NCBI GenBank assembly: GCA_965178125.1
Contig: OZ237735.1
Coordinates: 1,674,001-1,738,000, forward strand
Direction of reading: 5' to 3'
DNA from: Bilabrum cf. latius
Taxonomy: Eukaryota
Length of the DNA: 64,000 nt
Positions within the stretch are counted from its first letter, which is position 1. Each line of letters begins with the position of its first letter. This document shows positions 1 through 15,200 of this stretch, piece after piece. The notes under the pieces are model-generated. The model was not told the DNA's origin. It saw nothing but the letters and a program-made list of their open reading frames with translations, and searched no databases. Made by a program: the position numbers and the translations under genes.

Positions 1-218
1 CGGTCAAGCCATTGACTTTTCACGCTGCATTTTTAGCTGGAATCTGCCTTTGCCACTGTGCGACCACGCCGGCTCTGGATTGAAATTCTCCTCATCATTC
101 GAAATATGCTTCTTCAAATTCCGTCGTCGCGCCGCCGTGTTCCAGCGAGCAAGCACAGTTAGGCGCCTGGTCTCTTCGTCAGCAAGGCTGCCAGCTTCAA
201 CCTTCGGATTAGTTAAGT

Positions 219-3200
219 ATGATTATCCTTCTACTGGCTGGATTTCTGCCTGCAGCTGTCGCTGGCCCGGTGACTGTGACCGAGGTCTCTCCGCGCTACG
301 GCAGTCTTGCTGGCGGACAGTTTGTACAGCTGAATGGCGACAACTTCCCGATCAACTCGTTTGAGGGTCAGACTCTGGTCTTTCTTGGCGAAGAATAGGC
401 TTGCGAAATCGACTGGTACCACACGACAGCAGACAGAATCGTCTGCCAGACTCATGCTGCAGCGCGCTCGGGCATGGCGGAATTCCCGCTGTCAGCGGCG
501 GTGTTCACGGACAACGCGTTCTTTTCCCGGTGCATTAATGATCGATGGCCAGAAAGATGCGAGTACCGCTACACGACGGACGAAACGACTCGAATGCTTC
601 GCAGCTTCGGTACAGGCAGCACAGAAGTGTGGATGGAGACGTCCGATCGCTATGCGAACCAATCAAGGGTACAGGTCACTAGCTCGGCTCATTGGGACAC
701 AGACGATATTGGTTCTGAAGTGTTTGGTAAGACGGCCGTGTCAGTAAGGATGAGCTCAGAGTCTCGCAGCTTCGGGTGCTCAATCGTGGACTCTGCCGGC
801 AACGACATCACCCGAGTTGATTCGAGACTCGGCAGGACGCGATTTATTTGCCAACACCGTATCGAGGATGCTGGAATGTACAACATAACCCTAAAACTGC
901 CGCGGTACGGAGACGCGATCTAGGACCCCGATGCTTTGCGAGTGTCTGCGGCTTCGCCAGTTTCGGAGGGCGCAGATACGACTCCGGTCAAGCTTTACAG
1001 TGTTGCAGCGCATCCTGTTATACATCGAATCAGTGCAAGGGCTAGCTCCCTGGCTGGGGGAGCTGAAATCTCGATCGATGGCGGTGGCTGGTCAGCAGAA
1101 GAGCAGGCAGCGGAAGTACTCGCTGCCGGGCTGCCGTGCACGATTGTTCGCCAGGCAGGCTCTCGAATCACCTGCAGAACCGCTTCATTTCCCGATCTCG
1201 ACTCGAGTTCCAACGGTGCTGCTGGTGGGGCTCCAAGTGAGGCATTCCCGACTCTAGGCGTGTGGTCGCAGGGTCAGGTCGCCGGCGTTGCGCTGGGCGG
1301 CACCTCGGCCGGTGATAATCTTGCAGGAGTGCTGCCAGGGGACGTCCGGCTGTTTGCAGGTGGCCAGGGCGTACTGCAAGAAGTATGGTGGGGCGTTTCC
1401 GGTCCTCCGGGCGGCGACGCCTTCGCTGCCGACAGTGCGTTCGATAGCATGGAAGCAGCGGGTGCACGCCGCAATGCCTCGCTGGAGCCCGTGTTCCCGC
1501 AGGAATGGACCGATGCAGTGGAGTCGGCGCGGCAATCATCGCACGGCTACCAGCTGGCAGTACAGAGGGGCCAGCTGCCTCCAGTTGGACCGCACCCGAA
1601 CGGCTCCGCACAGCTCCCGCCCCGCGAGCCCGATCACGTGGACACGCTGAGATCATTCGAGGCAACGACGAGAGCCCTGTGGGATGAGCATTTCCCTGGA
1701 GTCAGCGATGTGGAGGAAGAATAGTACGGCCTTGGGGACAGCTACTACCAGCGTCTCACCTCGCTGTTCACCCCACCCGTGACGGGCAACTATTCCTTCG
1801 TGCTTGTCTCCGACGATTGGAGCGAGCTGTACATTGCGGGGTGCGCCCAGCCGGGGGTGCTAGGCAGCGATAGGATGGATACATTCAACCTTTCAGCGCC
1901 GGGGCGCCGTGTCGCATGGCTCAGGGGCCGCCTCTCAGACCACATCAACTCCTTCCACCGTGACGGCTCCTTCGAGTCTGCCCCCATCGAGCTGAGTAGA
2001 GGACAGCCGTGCAGGATCACTGCGCTCCACTGGGAAAACAGCGGGGTGGATCACTTGAAGGTGGGCGTGAGGCTGCTGGAAGGGATCCAAGGACTAGACG
2101 AGAACCGCACAGCGGATGCCGTGCAGGACGAGGGCCAGCTGCACGTGAGGTCCGACGCAACCCTTGAGACGTACATAATGGACTACCCAGACCCGCAGCC
2201 AGAGGGGCAGCAGGAGGCGGACCTCGGCGCCGCCGTGGGTGCAGGGTACGCTGCCGTTGAAGATGCGGATGGAGAGACTGCTGCTTCGAGCAGTCCCCTA
2301 TCAGGTCAAGCCCTCTCACAGGACTAGAAAACGGTTGGTGAGTACTTCCGAGTGCACTGGGGCAATCGCACGACTGCACCCATTCGCACTGACGCCGTCA
2401 ACGTGGAGGTTGAGGAGGCGTTCCGCGCTATTCTGCAGGGGCGGTGCGAACGGAGCAGGTGGCACGCCGGCTCGGGCCAGCTCGCGCGCCTCGTCAGGAC
2501 AGAGTACCCTACCGATCCCGATGGCTAGGCCCACGGGGAAGGCGCGGAGGCGCGGCACTCGACCATATCGGATGGGAACGGCGTGCTCTAGGCGTATGAG
2601 ATTGACTCCTTCGAGGGCCTCAGTGACGACACGCGAGGCCTGTGGAGCTGGGGCGACGAGGCTGAAGCCAACGCCGTTGATCCGTTCTGCGGGCAGTTCA
2701 GCATGTTCCTGCCAACAGCGCGTGGACGGGACTTTGAAATGTGGGGTGGCAGGGTGCGTGGGAAGGCAGAGCCCTGGTTCACGGCGTCTGGGTACTCACT
2801 AGACACCTACTAGCACGTTTGTGGAGCGTTCCGAGTGCCTGCTGCCGAACTGGATCACCGCGGTCGATACGAAGAACCGGACACGACGGCGTTCCTGCGT
2901 ATTGACGTGATCGACGGCGCTGTGTCAAGGCCTTCCACTATAACTGGCCTGATTGCACTGCACGACCGCGACTTTGACGTCAGGAAGGCATTTGGCGACA
3001 GTGATCGATTTGATTTCCCAGTTTGGGGGAGGTGGACAAACGCCGTCCGGGCAGATGGAACCTGGCAACACTCATGCTTTCCCTTAGCAAGCGCTGTACG
3101 AAGTGCTCTAACTGGGCCCTCTGCAATGGTGCAAGAGCCGCGGGTAGTGCGGATCGCATTCGACTCACCGTGGTAGTCGAGCACGGAGCAGGACCAGGAG

Positions 3201-6200
3201 CGCCAGCGTGGTCTGCCCAGGTTTGTGGGCGGGCCCCTGTGGGTGGATGAGTTCTCTGTGGTGGCTGGGGGTCCAATTAACGTGACATAGGACCATTCCG
3301 TGCCAAGTGCCCTGGCAGGAGAGTGGCGAGAGTCGACGGAGCAGGGCAAGCAGTACGTTGAATTCGTGGATGTTTCAGCTCTGCAAGACTCAGGTCGCTC
3401 TCGAAGGGAATCGGACGAAGAGGTGCACTTCGAGGACGACGCATTCGTGCCTGCACTGCCCACTTCACTCGCTTAGACGACCTATCCAGCTGCGCTCGCC
3501 TTCTCTAACGTTGGATTGCGGCGTCGCCGCATCCAGGTGCACGCAGCCGGGTGCATGCACGACCTACCACGCATGCGGTTTGAGGCAGTTTCAGTGGAGT
3601 TTGCAGAAGATTTGATCGCGCGGATGGCCCACGGGCGGGCCAGAGGCAAGCCATGGGGCCTTCCGCCGGTCATTCATGCCCTCACAACGGATGCCACGTT
3701 TGGTGAGGATGGAGCACTGCAGCAGCTCAACCATACGGAGGTGGAGGCGCGGAGCATCGTCGATGCCTTGCTATTGCAGGAACAGCTTGCATCCATGAAC
3801 CCGACGTCGGCTGAGTACGGCGAGTTGCTATCGCGGTAGAGCCACGCTGGTAATCTCCTGGATGAGTCCAGCAGCAGGGACAGCAGCAGCCGCAGCCTGC
3901 TGGCACAGAACAGCATGCTCGTTGGCCGCTCGATCTCCGGCATGGAGGCAAGCGCGACTCCGTTTGGAACCACTGATGCTGTGCTTAGAGTGATGGCGGA
4001 GATTGCAGCCGGGGAGAGCCAGGGCAGCACGATCCGTCGTGCTGCCCAAGTGGCAGCGGCGCAGATCCGTGGACTGGCAGCCGGTGGATTCTCCGTGTCC
4101 TGGCGGGATACTGCAGCGCCTCCTCTTGGAGGGTAGTTCAGACTGGCTGCACTTGCCACGCAATGGGATCGCCTCTATCACACGCCGCTGCAGGCGTGGT
4201 AGTGGCGCGAGTACCTCGCGGGTAGAGATGGATCATGGGAGCAGCTAGCCTTCGGACTCACCGTGCAGACGACACGGGAGACTTACGTTTCTGACCTGCT
4301 CGAGCTTATTCGGGCAGGACTGAACGTACAAGACCAGGCTGTATGGCTTTATGAGCTTGTCATCAGGAGCAACGCAACCGTATCGTTGCGCGAGTTGCTG
4401 CAAGGCGGGCAGCTGCGGCCTCATCATCCCGTCAAGCAGTTTGTTGACGCGATGGAGGGCGCACTGGGGAGCTCTGGAATGCTCGATGCAATGGCGGCCT
4501 ACAACGTCTCAGTCCTTGCCACACAGCCGCTTCTCGTAAATGCTTCCACGAGGCTCCTTGAGCTGGCTCTAGGTGAGTCTGGGCCGATCGGACACGGTGT
4601 GCAGCTGCAAGTGGAGCAAGACACATGCTTTTCCAAGACATGGAGGGTTAAATATCTGGGTACGGCATCGGACAGACCAAATCTATACGGGATCGATTGG
4701 GACCTATTGCAGGGCAGGAATCCATCGGTGCACTACTCGGATGAAGTGGATGGCGGTGTGTTTTGGAGACCGATTGCACCCGAGTCTCTACGGGTGCTGC
4801 ATGCCACCCCGCAGGTGACGGTTCGGCATCGCGAATCTGGGCTGTGGGCCGTCTGTGACGGTGACAGGGCTACGGATGAAATTTCAGACGGTGAGGCATC
4901 TGTCCCGCTGTTTGAACTACCAGGTCCCGGCGCGCTTGCATCGCAGGCGCAGGTATCTGGGCCTGCGGCCGCTGCGATGTCGCGTCACGGAGGAGCGTGC
5001 ACGTATGTCTACGCAGCATCGGCAGGCCCCACTGTCGAATCAGTGAGCCCTTCATCGGGCCCAGTCGGCACGGAGATAACCGTATCTGGTTCGCGGTTCG
5101 AGGCCGACGCAAGCGGGGCCGGGAACGAGGTCACGATCGGTGGGGTCTTGTGCAAGCCCTCCGCCGCGTCTACTGCCACCACCATCAAGTGCACGCTGGA
5201 TGCCGTGCAGTCCGCCGGTTAGTATGCCGTTCGCGTTCGTGTTGTGCGGCGGGGTCTAGCAAAAAGCTCCAACGCGACGCACCCGCCCATGTTCAGGCTC
5301 GAAGGTCGCATTGAGAGCATCACCGGCGCCGTGGTCGGGTACGGTGGCGATTTGGACCGTGTAGATGCTGCTGCAACTGGGGATCTGGAGGGTGTCCTGT
5401 CGACAGTCGCGGGCGGACGCCTCTTGACTGTCAGCGGCACTGCATTGCCTGTCCTTGCGCCTGATGCTTCGGGCAAGGAGCTCGTGGCTGGTGCTGAAGA
5501 CGCTCCAGCTGGAAGAGACCGCATCGACGTGCAGCTGGCCATCAGCTTTGATGCGATGGCAGCTGCATTCAGTTCACCACCTGGTAGCGCTCCATCAGTG
5601 CAAGACCGTAGTGCTGCTGCAAGTGCTGCTGGAGTGAATGAAGGAGACTCATTGCGTCTGGCAGTGCCTGTGGTATGGTCGAATGGAACAACAGCATTGC
5701 TGGTGGCACCTGCCCTGCCTGACGCTCTCGCCGCCAGAATGCTTGCGATAGAGGCTTCACCTAGTTTCATGGGCCTCGCTGGAGACCTAGACTTTGTGTC
5801 AACACCTTCCGGAAACGATGCTCGCAATAGCTGGCCGCATCCTTAGGCAGTCACGGTGCGTGCTCCCCCTGCCATTCGCTATCCGGCGGGGCCTGGTGTC
5901 GTGGCAATTACGGATGCCTCAATGGACGTTGTGAGTGGTGCCGGCGGCGAAACCTTGCAACTGACCATCAAGGAGTCCCTGGAAACTGCGAGTAGCAGCT
6001 TGACAGCCGAGCCATTCGTGTACTAGTGGCTTGAAGCCGCCCACTCGACTTGCGCATGCATGGGCTCCGATTTCTGGGAGTCCCAGTATGCTGGTGATTA
6101 CGGGTCATTGCCCCCTTCCATTTGCGGGGCTGGAGTGTTCGGCGGGTCTCACGTGTCTGGGGTCGGATTCGGTGGCAGAGCCTCGTGGGTCGATTCGGCA

Positions 6201-9200
6201 GCAAGTCCGTGCCTTGGCATCATCGGAGGTGGCGGGCCTGGCACCAGGCAGTGCGAAGCGGCTGCTGACCGGTTTGGAGCCAGAGCTCTGCTCAAACGCC
6301 ATCGAGCCGCGAGAAGTAATCTCCAGGAGGCAATCGCTGCTCGGGACCAGGGCGCAAGTGCCAACTAGGACCATGTGCTCGTACGCGGCATCGATTCTGC
6401 GGCGCTGGGATGCTCTTCTTACCGTGCTGACTTTGGGATGTCTTCCATGCTGGTCACAACGATGCTTGGCCCCTTGCAACTATCTACTGCGGGAATTCAG
6501 CAAGCTTTCGGAACGGAGGAAGAAGGAATCGGGGCAGATGATGAGACTACAGCGGATGGAACCGAAGTGCCAGCACTTGGCTTGACGACACCCAGCGGGA
6601 GCGTCGTAGTCGGTGGAGCCGCATGCCGCATCATCTCATCGAACACGACAGTGGTATCGTGCATGGTACCGCCTCACCCTGAACCTGCTTCCAAAGTGCT
6701 TCCGGTATCGCTGTACCTCCCTGGCGTTGGTGTTGTGCCCCGGAGACAAGAGCGCACACCGATTGCGTCGGAATCCCGCACGCAATCAGAGGATGAGATC
6801 CCCGGTCCTTCTACCGTGCTGCCTGGCCTTATGACCAGCTTGTCCGTGTCTGCCGTCAGCCCGTCATCAGGTGCGGTAGCGGGTGGCACCGTGGTGACGA
6901 TTATTGGGACCGGCTTCATGGGGGGCTACTCGGAAACGACCGCCAACGATTCGATCTTCGATTTTTCCTCGGAAGAATGCCAGCATTTGCAGGTCACAAT
7001 TGGTCCGACTCTTCTGTGCCAGGTGCAGAGCTGCTCCGAGGACAAAATCACCTGCGTCACGGAGAACCGAGCTGGCGTACCGGCGGCTGTGGACAACTCA
7101 GGAAGGAACACCGAGTTCGGTCTGGGCTACCAGTTCTCATCTCGAGAGGTCCGGGTGGAGGCTGGTGGATTCCTGCGAATCGCATGGACAGCGACACAGT
7201 ACACCGGCACGAAGCACGGTTTCACGCTAGCCACAAGAGAGGCGCCAAGAGAGCCAGGGCTACCTGCTCCTGCAGGATTTGCTTCGCCTTTCTCCCGCGA
7301 TGGGTCTTTTTGGCAGTGGTTTCCGTCGCCTGGCACGTACAACATTACCAGTAGCTCATATGGCTGGCTAAATTTCTCAGGGACTGTCAATGTACTGCCC
7401 TTGGCGGCAAGTTCACTGCCAGTTCGCGTTGTTGTTGCAGGGGTAGAGGCGAAGCATGCTGCAGGATCGATCGAAAATGCGACCGACGTGTAGGTTGCCA
7501 GTGTATCGTCAAGGTGTGCTGCGGTCCATGGAACTGGTAATGGCAGAGATAACTCGACCCGCCTCTCATTCACGTATGACCCTGACATGTCACCAACTTT
7601 GCAGTCAGTTGGATTTGAAGGACTGTTGCGGTCCAATGCATCAGCGGCCGCAAAGCGACTGCTTAGCCGGGAATTCGATGATGAAGACCTAAACAGGTGG
7701 AGAGGATGTGGCAGAGGCCCCCATCGGCCAGCTGCCTGTCCGTTCCTACGAATCTGCGCAGCGGACCCTTGGCTCGCGCCACAGCAGTGCCGGGGCCCGC
7801 GGGGATCGATCCTGCCCACTACATGGCGAATGGACGCAACGCCTGATGGTATGGGCAGATAGTCTTCAGACGAGAGTCTCTACTCGACTGCATTCTCATC
7901 CAGCACTCCGTGTGAGGCGTTGTTCCTCAGGGGAAAGAGGCTCGTGCAGCTGAGCCCAGCAGCAGCGGCCAACGCTGAGGCCAGTGCAGTCACGATCGGA
8001 GGGTTTAAGCAGTCTTCGAGCATCAACCTGCGAGACGCGCTCGAGAGCGGTGATGCCCTGTCTGGGCCTCGAGTATAGCTCAGACGTATAAAGGCAGGCT
8101 ACGACGAGGCCATCGTTCGGGGGGGCATGTACGGCAACCACGGGTACACTCAACCGTTCCAATTTGAAGGACATCAGTTTGACCTAGGCATGCATGGCAA
8201 TGCGACTGCGGACGCCCTTGTTGCTGGTGCCTCAACCATCTGCGCTCATATCGACGTTGCTTTCCGTTGGCCCTCCGCTAGTCAGCTCGGCACCGACGCC
8301 GATGTTCTCGTGCGCTGCGCGCTGCCTTGTGAGGCGGCTGCCCAAGCAGCTGCCTCGCAGCTGTCCAGCTCAGAGAGGTAGGTTGTGCAAGCCGCCTTCC
8401 CAAGCAGCCCATTACCGGCTGGTTCGTATTAGGTGCGGCTACAGGTTGCCAGCGCCCGTGACCTGATCGGAGCTTGCCCGACCTCGCCGGAGATAGCCAC
8501 AAGCACTGGGCTTGCTTCGATTGAGAACGGTTGGGGCTCTGACGTCGTCACCGTGGTGCCCGTTGTGCGAGGCACGGCTCCTCTATCCATGGGAGGGCGC
8601 ATGAATGCTGCAAGGGGAATGCGGACATAGGATTTAAAAGAAGGATTGGACGCTGCCATGGTCCAAGCCGCATGCGCGCTGCTCGGAGAAGGGGCGCCTG
8701 CGTTCGCTTGTGCTGAATCATCAGACTGGCAGAGCGCACGCTCCAGCAATTACCGGTCACTTGTGCTTACACTTTCGCCTGAGTCGAGCTACTCTGGTGG
8801 AATCACATCTGGTTCAGCTGCAGGCGGGCAGCTATTGCTATTGAGTGGGTCTGGCTTTTCGACTCGCATCTATGACACAGACGATGATGGTGACGGACTG
8901 CCGGATTCTTCGGCTCTGGGACACGGCGGTGCATCAGGTCGCGTGCGGCTTGTACCACGCGCAGATTCGCAGCTGGCTGCGGGAGACGGCAGCATGGTCA
9001 AGGATCTGACTGTCGATGGCAATGAGGTCAGAATTGGGACTGCACCGTGTCGCTTGGTCGGTGCAACTTCAGGTGGTCTCCTTTGCATCACCCAGCCGCC
9101 TCGTGATAATGGTGCCGTGGCTGCCCTGATGGAGTCTGCCCCTGTTGGTCTGTGGAGGTTCCACGATTGCGGCGTCAGCCATGAAATCCGTGGTTTGGCC

Positions 9201-12200
9201 CAGTTCGACGATGAGCTTGCCCTGGCACACCAGCACACGGCAGCATCTATAGCAATCGGAAGAGTAGGTGGCAGCAGCACGACTGGAGTGGGTGGCTCGC
9301 TTGAGAAGAAGACCGGTGCTAAGTGCGGCTCGTGTCGGCTCGGTTGCCCGACCGCGGGGTCCTCTTTGGGCTCTGGCAGGGGTGGGACCATTCACTACTA
9401 CTATGGTGGGAGTGGCGTGCGCGATTCCAATCCGCGCGGTGGCATACTGCTGCAGGAGCGGGGCGTGTCTGCCAAACTCGGATTCGGTGCATCCGACGTA
9501 TCGGTGTCATTTGATGGAGGATCCTTTGCCCGAGTCATGCAGGCAAGCACGCTCACACAAGATTCTATCCCTACAGCGCCGCTGAGCCTATTAGGTGCGG
9601 ATCCTTTTGGTGCGCTCCTCGCTTTGGAATCAATCAACGGATCGGTGCCGCACCCCAAGACCAACTTCGAAACTGCCGAGCTTGTGAACATGGCCAAGTT
9701 GCTCAAGGGTGTCGGTTACCAGGCAAGTAATGCCACGGCAGAATCAGCTCGAGATGCAGCAGTCTCACGCTGGGTGAACACTGGGGCCGAGCCGCGATAC
9801 CCTGACGTATGCGCTTCGTGGCTGGCGCGTAATGGTTCATTCTCTGCCCAGGCCTGGGTGAAGCCTCGCCATTTCAATGCGACGATGGATGCTAGGCTTG
9901 CACACGAGCTGATCAACGCTTCCGAGCGGCTGATCTCATCTGCAGGTCAATCTCCATCTGCCTCAGGAGTTGGCACCATCGTGGATGCCGCCGAATCGGC
10001 CGCCTTGGCTGCTGGTGACGCCAATTAGGACGGCCATGCAGACATGTGGCGATTTGTCCTCGGTAACATGCCTGTGTCTCGTCACGGCCCTTCGCGCGGT
10101 TATGCCATCTGGCTGGACCCAGCTGGGTACGCAGAGGCATGGCTCGGGCTCGGAGTGGATCCTGAAGCGCTTATGAAGGATGGCAAAGCGACGAGCGACG
10201 GTGCTGACGTGCTAGTCACTTGCTCAGCTGCAGCAGCAGCCATCGGAAGTACCGTGAACCAATTGGCTCTCGGTGGAATTGGGGGCTCTGTGTAGCACAC
10301 AAACTAGCTAAAACAGCTGGCGTCCAGCTACGCTGCCCGGCTGGTCTCGAACGGCAAGGCACAGCAAGCTGCCGAGAGTGTTGCTGCCGGACTTTTTCAT
10401 CCGTGGACTGTATGCGAGGAGGGCGGAGCGGCACTGCTGCGTATCAGTGGGACTCACTATGCGCCGGCGCAGCGGAGGTGGATGTTCGCTGCGGTGCACA
10501 GCCAGACGCCTGTCTCTGTGGGAAGCGATTTCTCTCTGCTGACCCTGAGCTATCACGATGGCTCTGCAGCTACCCGAGCCGAGACCCAGTTCCCGTGGGG
10601 CCGCGAGCAAGCGCCTCAGCCGAGCCTGCCCGAGCTGACGCTACTGGTGGATGGCACGGCCGCCGGAGCTATCCAACTTGATCCGGAGTTTGACCAAGTT
10701 TACATGCCAGCTTGCGAGGGGCAACTGTTCAATTCCGTGCGACCCGCCGCGCAGGATCCGAACAATGCCCCAGACCCCTCAGGCACGGAAGGTGACCTTT
10801 ACATTGGGTAGATTGGGCCGGCTTTCGAACTTCGCGTTGATATTCTGTAGCACGTGGTCGCAGGGGCAGGCATCGCTCCAGATGCGGCGATGGGGTCCTT
10901 CTGGCAGTCAGGAGAGGCAGCCGCTCGATTCCACAGAGTTGGCAACTACTCCGGCCACATCGCAGAGGTCGCCATCTTTGACCACGCCTTGGCCGCAGGA
11001 GTATCCAGGCGCGTGGCGGCTTTGGCTAGATCTGAGCTGCAGTACATAAACGTTCGAAGTGGTCCGTTTTCGGCAGAGTGTGCCGTGCCCGTGCCCAAGG
11101 CTGGCCTAACGGTCAGCTCCATCGATGATGTGGTAGCATCTGCAGCCCACGCAGCTGACTGGGTCGGATCAGGTTGTGTGTATCAGCACAGCATCGCACG
11201 TACGCCGGTAGTAAGGTCTGTCGCACCAATCACAGGATCTGGCGCAACCTCGGCCCCTCTCTCGCAGCGGACGGTGTTTATAACTGTCGATTCGCTCCCG
11301 ATTCCGCTTGAGAACGTGAACAACGAGACTGTGCGTGTGTCCCTCGTGAACCCGGATGCTGGTCCCTCGTATGACCTTGGGTGCAATGTTATTGGTGCTG
11401 CAGAGCTTCATCGCGATGCGACACCCTCTTGGCGGGTGCTTCTTGCGGATGACCTGGATGACAGTGATTTTGCAGCCTATGTTCAAAGCAACCTGGGTCT
11501 AATGACGGGCCCAACTTCAACGCTGAACTCGGGCTAGTACCTGCGGCGGACATGGAGCGGAACGAATGGCTCCGCGTTGAGGGCTCCTAGTGGATACTTT
11601 CATTCGGCAGTTCGTCGCACTGCAGTTGCATGCATCGCCGAGCCTGGCGTGGGAGCATGGTATGACGTCCACTTGAGCGTGAACGGCGTCGGTGCAGCAG
11701 CGACAGTGTGCGCCGAAGATCAGTTCTCAGGGTCTGGCCGTGCCGATGGTGTTACTGTCGCTTTGAATCGTCTCAAAGCAGCCGAACGCACAATTTAGTA
11801 GCTCGGTGGCAGCGAGGCTGGTGCAGGCGTTGCTCTGGCCGATCAGCCAAGGGGGGGCCTCGGCTCTCACTACAGCTCGGCAGTTTTTTCCGGCTGTCGG
11901 ACACAAACTCCGCCCGTTTGGCCGAATGAGTTCTTTGGAGATACGGTTCTGCCGATTGACCTGATCCGATCAGTGAGGTACACTCTTGGCTCTCTCGATG
12001 AGGTGACTTCCCCCGCACAGTGGAGGCAGCAGATCGTGATCAGTGACGTGTCTCCCTCAGAAGTCAGTCTCATGGGTGGTTCGACATTGACCATTAAGGG
12101 ATCCGGCTTCACAGACGACTACCGGGAGGCCACAGTCCTGCTTGGAAGGCGCTTTGACTGCCCGGTCATAAGCGCAGCACCGACCGAGATAAAGTGTGTG

Positions 12201-15200
12201 GTTCCCCCGCTCATCGGGCCCGAGGGACCCGTTGATGGTGCTAGCAGCTACATGCGGGGTGCGACGAACGCACACTGGTTGCAGCCGCGCCACGCCTTCG
12301 ATAGTTCGTAGTCTGCGCCTGTGAGTGAGTCTTCGTTGATCGCTATTGTCGACACTTCGAGTCTATTGAACACAACGACTCACCACTACTGGTGGGCAGA
12401 CCCCGGCCAGTCGGGCGAGTGGAACAGCACTGGTCCTCTGTCTGTGACAGTGACAGTTTCTCCTTTTGTTGAGAGGCACCGCACCCAAGGTCTTCGCGCC
12501 ACTTTTTTCATGCACAACTCGTATCCAGCTGACCGCCCCTAGTTCCCTGAGACGATTGACCCTATCGTTGGGGCACCATGGGGTCCCGTGGACAACAGCT
12601 CCATTCAGCCGCTTGGCGACTCCCGTTGGACTAGCGACATCCAGGCAATCCTCGAGGGATACATTTTGATTGACGTGCCAGGTGACTACAAATTCTTCCT
12701 CGAGTGCGACGATGGCTGTACGATGGGTGTCGGGCCTGGTACGGCAGGCAGGAGAGAAGGCTCTCTCAGCCGGATGCACGACTAGGTTTCTGCAGTTGAG
12801 CTGACCAGCGGTGAAACTGTCTTCTACCGCGAAATCATTGACAACTCGGGCTGGCATGGCCGACAAGAGCGCAGTAGTGCTGAAGCACTGTCAATGCGAG
12901 GAGGTTCCATTCCTGTCCGCATCGAGTACTAGCAGGGGAACCATGACTCCTATCTCTCCCTGCGTTGGGAGTGTGAGTCTTGCGGTATCGAGAAGCAACC
13001 CATCCCCGCCAACAACTTGGTCCATTTTGATGGTCCGGAGCGCAGCCCACTTGTGGCTTCAACCCTTGTTGGTGCTGACGCTGAAGCAGCCGCTTCGGAA
13101 TCGACTGCAGATCTGCCATCATTTGTACCACCACACGTCGGAGGATTGTAGTTCTCGGTAAGAGCCACACCTGTGATTCACTCAGTTTCGCCTCAATCTG
13201 GTGGGTATGGCTCTGTGATCACAATCTCTGGAGAGCGGCTATCTGCCGCTAGTGGTGGCTCTCGTGTGTCCATCGGTGGCGTGTTGTGCGCAATTCAGAC
13301 TGAATCTGCGACTGAAATTACTTGCACAGTAGGTAGGCAGGCCGCTGGGTAGTACCATATTGCTGTACATCACAGCATTCTTGGGTACGCAGCTGCCCTC
13401 TCGCGGAATGTGTCGGTGTTTGCGCACATGCTGGAGGTTACATCAGCGCCAAGCCCAGGCATTGTTGGACTTGGCGGAGGATCAATGTTGACGATCCACG
13501 GTAAGGGGTTCGACTCCAGTGACCAGCCTCGTTGTGTAGTTTCGATGCTGCCACCAGAGGACTAGTCCAGGGCACAGCCGCAGCACAGAAGCGATGCTGA
13601 CGCCTCTCTGTCCGGATTGCTCGGCGGGTCAAACGAAGCTGCCCTCACATTCAATGACGATGTGATTAGCTGCTTGGAAACTGACAGTGATGCGTCCTCT
13701 AGAAGCCCAACTCTGGGCGTGAGGTCGTCTGCTATTCATACACGCTTGTCGTCACGGGTCATGTCCGACGCTGAAGCTGAAGCGGGGATTTTTGCGTCCA
13801 GCTTGGCAGAGAGCTGGTCGCAGCCCGGCCTATCTCAATTAGTCACCGTTTGCGGGTTACCATGCTCTGTAATGACGGTTTCGTACTCAGAGATTAAATG
13901 CGAGCTCCCATCCCTCGTTCCCACAGAGTACCTTGCACCCAACCAGAGCACCAGCTAGGTTGCAGCGGACTCCAATGCTGCACGGCTTGAGCGTCATCTG
14001 GTGGTATCATCAGAAGCCGGGAGTTCCGTATCTGACTCGGTGAATGGCGCCTTGGTACTCCAAGGGAACCCTGGATCCAGATGGTACGACACTCAGGATA
14101 CCGCGATTGAGTTCACGCGAAATGCGCAGGGCTCGCTGCAGGTGCAGTGCAGTGTCAAAGTGTCCATAGCTACGGCAGGACCATCTCTATCTGGGGTCTC
14201 TAGCCCTTAGGTAACACTGGAGTCTGTATTGAGGGCCTCTCGTGCTCTTGCGATCGGCGCTCGGCCTCAGGAACAGGATCGTCACGAACCACATGTCGTT
14301 GCAGCTGCCGCCATCAGCGCGCGCGAGCAAGCAGAGGCCGCTTCGGCCCGTGCTGGGACTCGCCAAGTCAGCCCATTGCTCGTGCAGACAACGACTACCG
14401 CAGCGAGCATGATCACGTTTGCCGCCGAGTTGACTCCGGTGGTCCGCGGCATCTCGCCTTCACTCGGAGGCACGGCTGGAGGAACCATGGTCACGGTCCG
14501 TGGATCCAGGCTTTTCCCGGCCAACAAGGATACCAGCGGGATTCTGGCCTCCATCGACGGGGTGCCTTGCGTGGTTCAATCTGGCTCTGCGCAGGAATCA
14601 TCGTCAGGGTAGGCCTCGCAGCAGTCCTTCGTGTGCAGGACTGGCAGACACACCTACACGCCCGAGTCCACCTTGTCGGTTGTCCTTGCTCCAAGTCAAG
14701 CTGGCACCGCAGCATCGTCCCAGCCTTCGGGCCGTGCTGTTCAATTTCGTTCCCGTTTTAGGTATGTTGACCGGTTCAGCTCGCGGTACACGTGGGGCGG
14801 CGAGTCACCGCCGACAGAAGGTCAGTCTATCGTGGTACGCGAAGGGCAGACCCTACTGCTTGACACGTCCCCTCCCCAGCTGAAGCTTGTGCTGGTGGAA
14901 GGTGGTAGCCTTGTCTTTGATCCGGACGCCACTTCTCCTATTCGCTTAGATGCAGAATACATCTTTGTCGACAAGAACGGCAGGGTGGAAGCGGGAACAG
15001 AGGACGAGCCGTATCTGGGGAGAGCCGTGATCACCATGCACGGCACCTCGCGCTCGCCCTAGATTCCTCTGTACGGAAACAAAGTACTGGCAGTCCGTAG
15101 GGGAACGCTAGATCTGCACGGACGCCCCGTCAGGCACTCCTTCACTCGACTAGCATGCACAGCCGTGCCCGGAGAAAAGGTGTTGCTGCTGCAAGACGAC

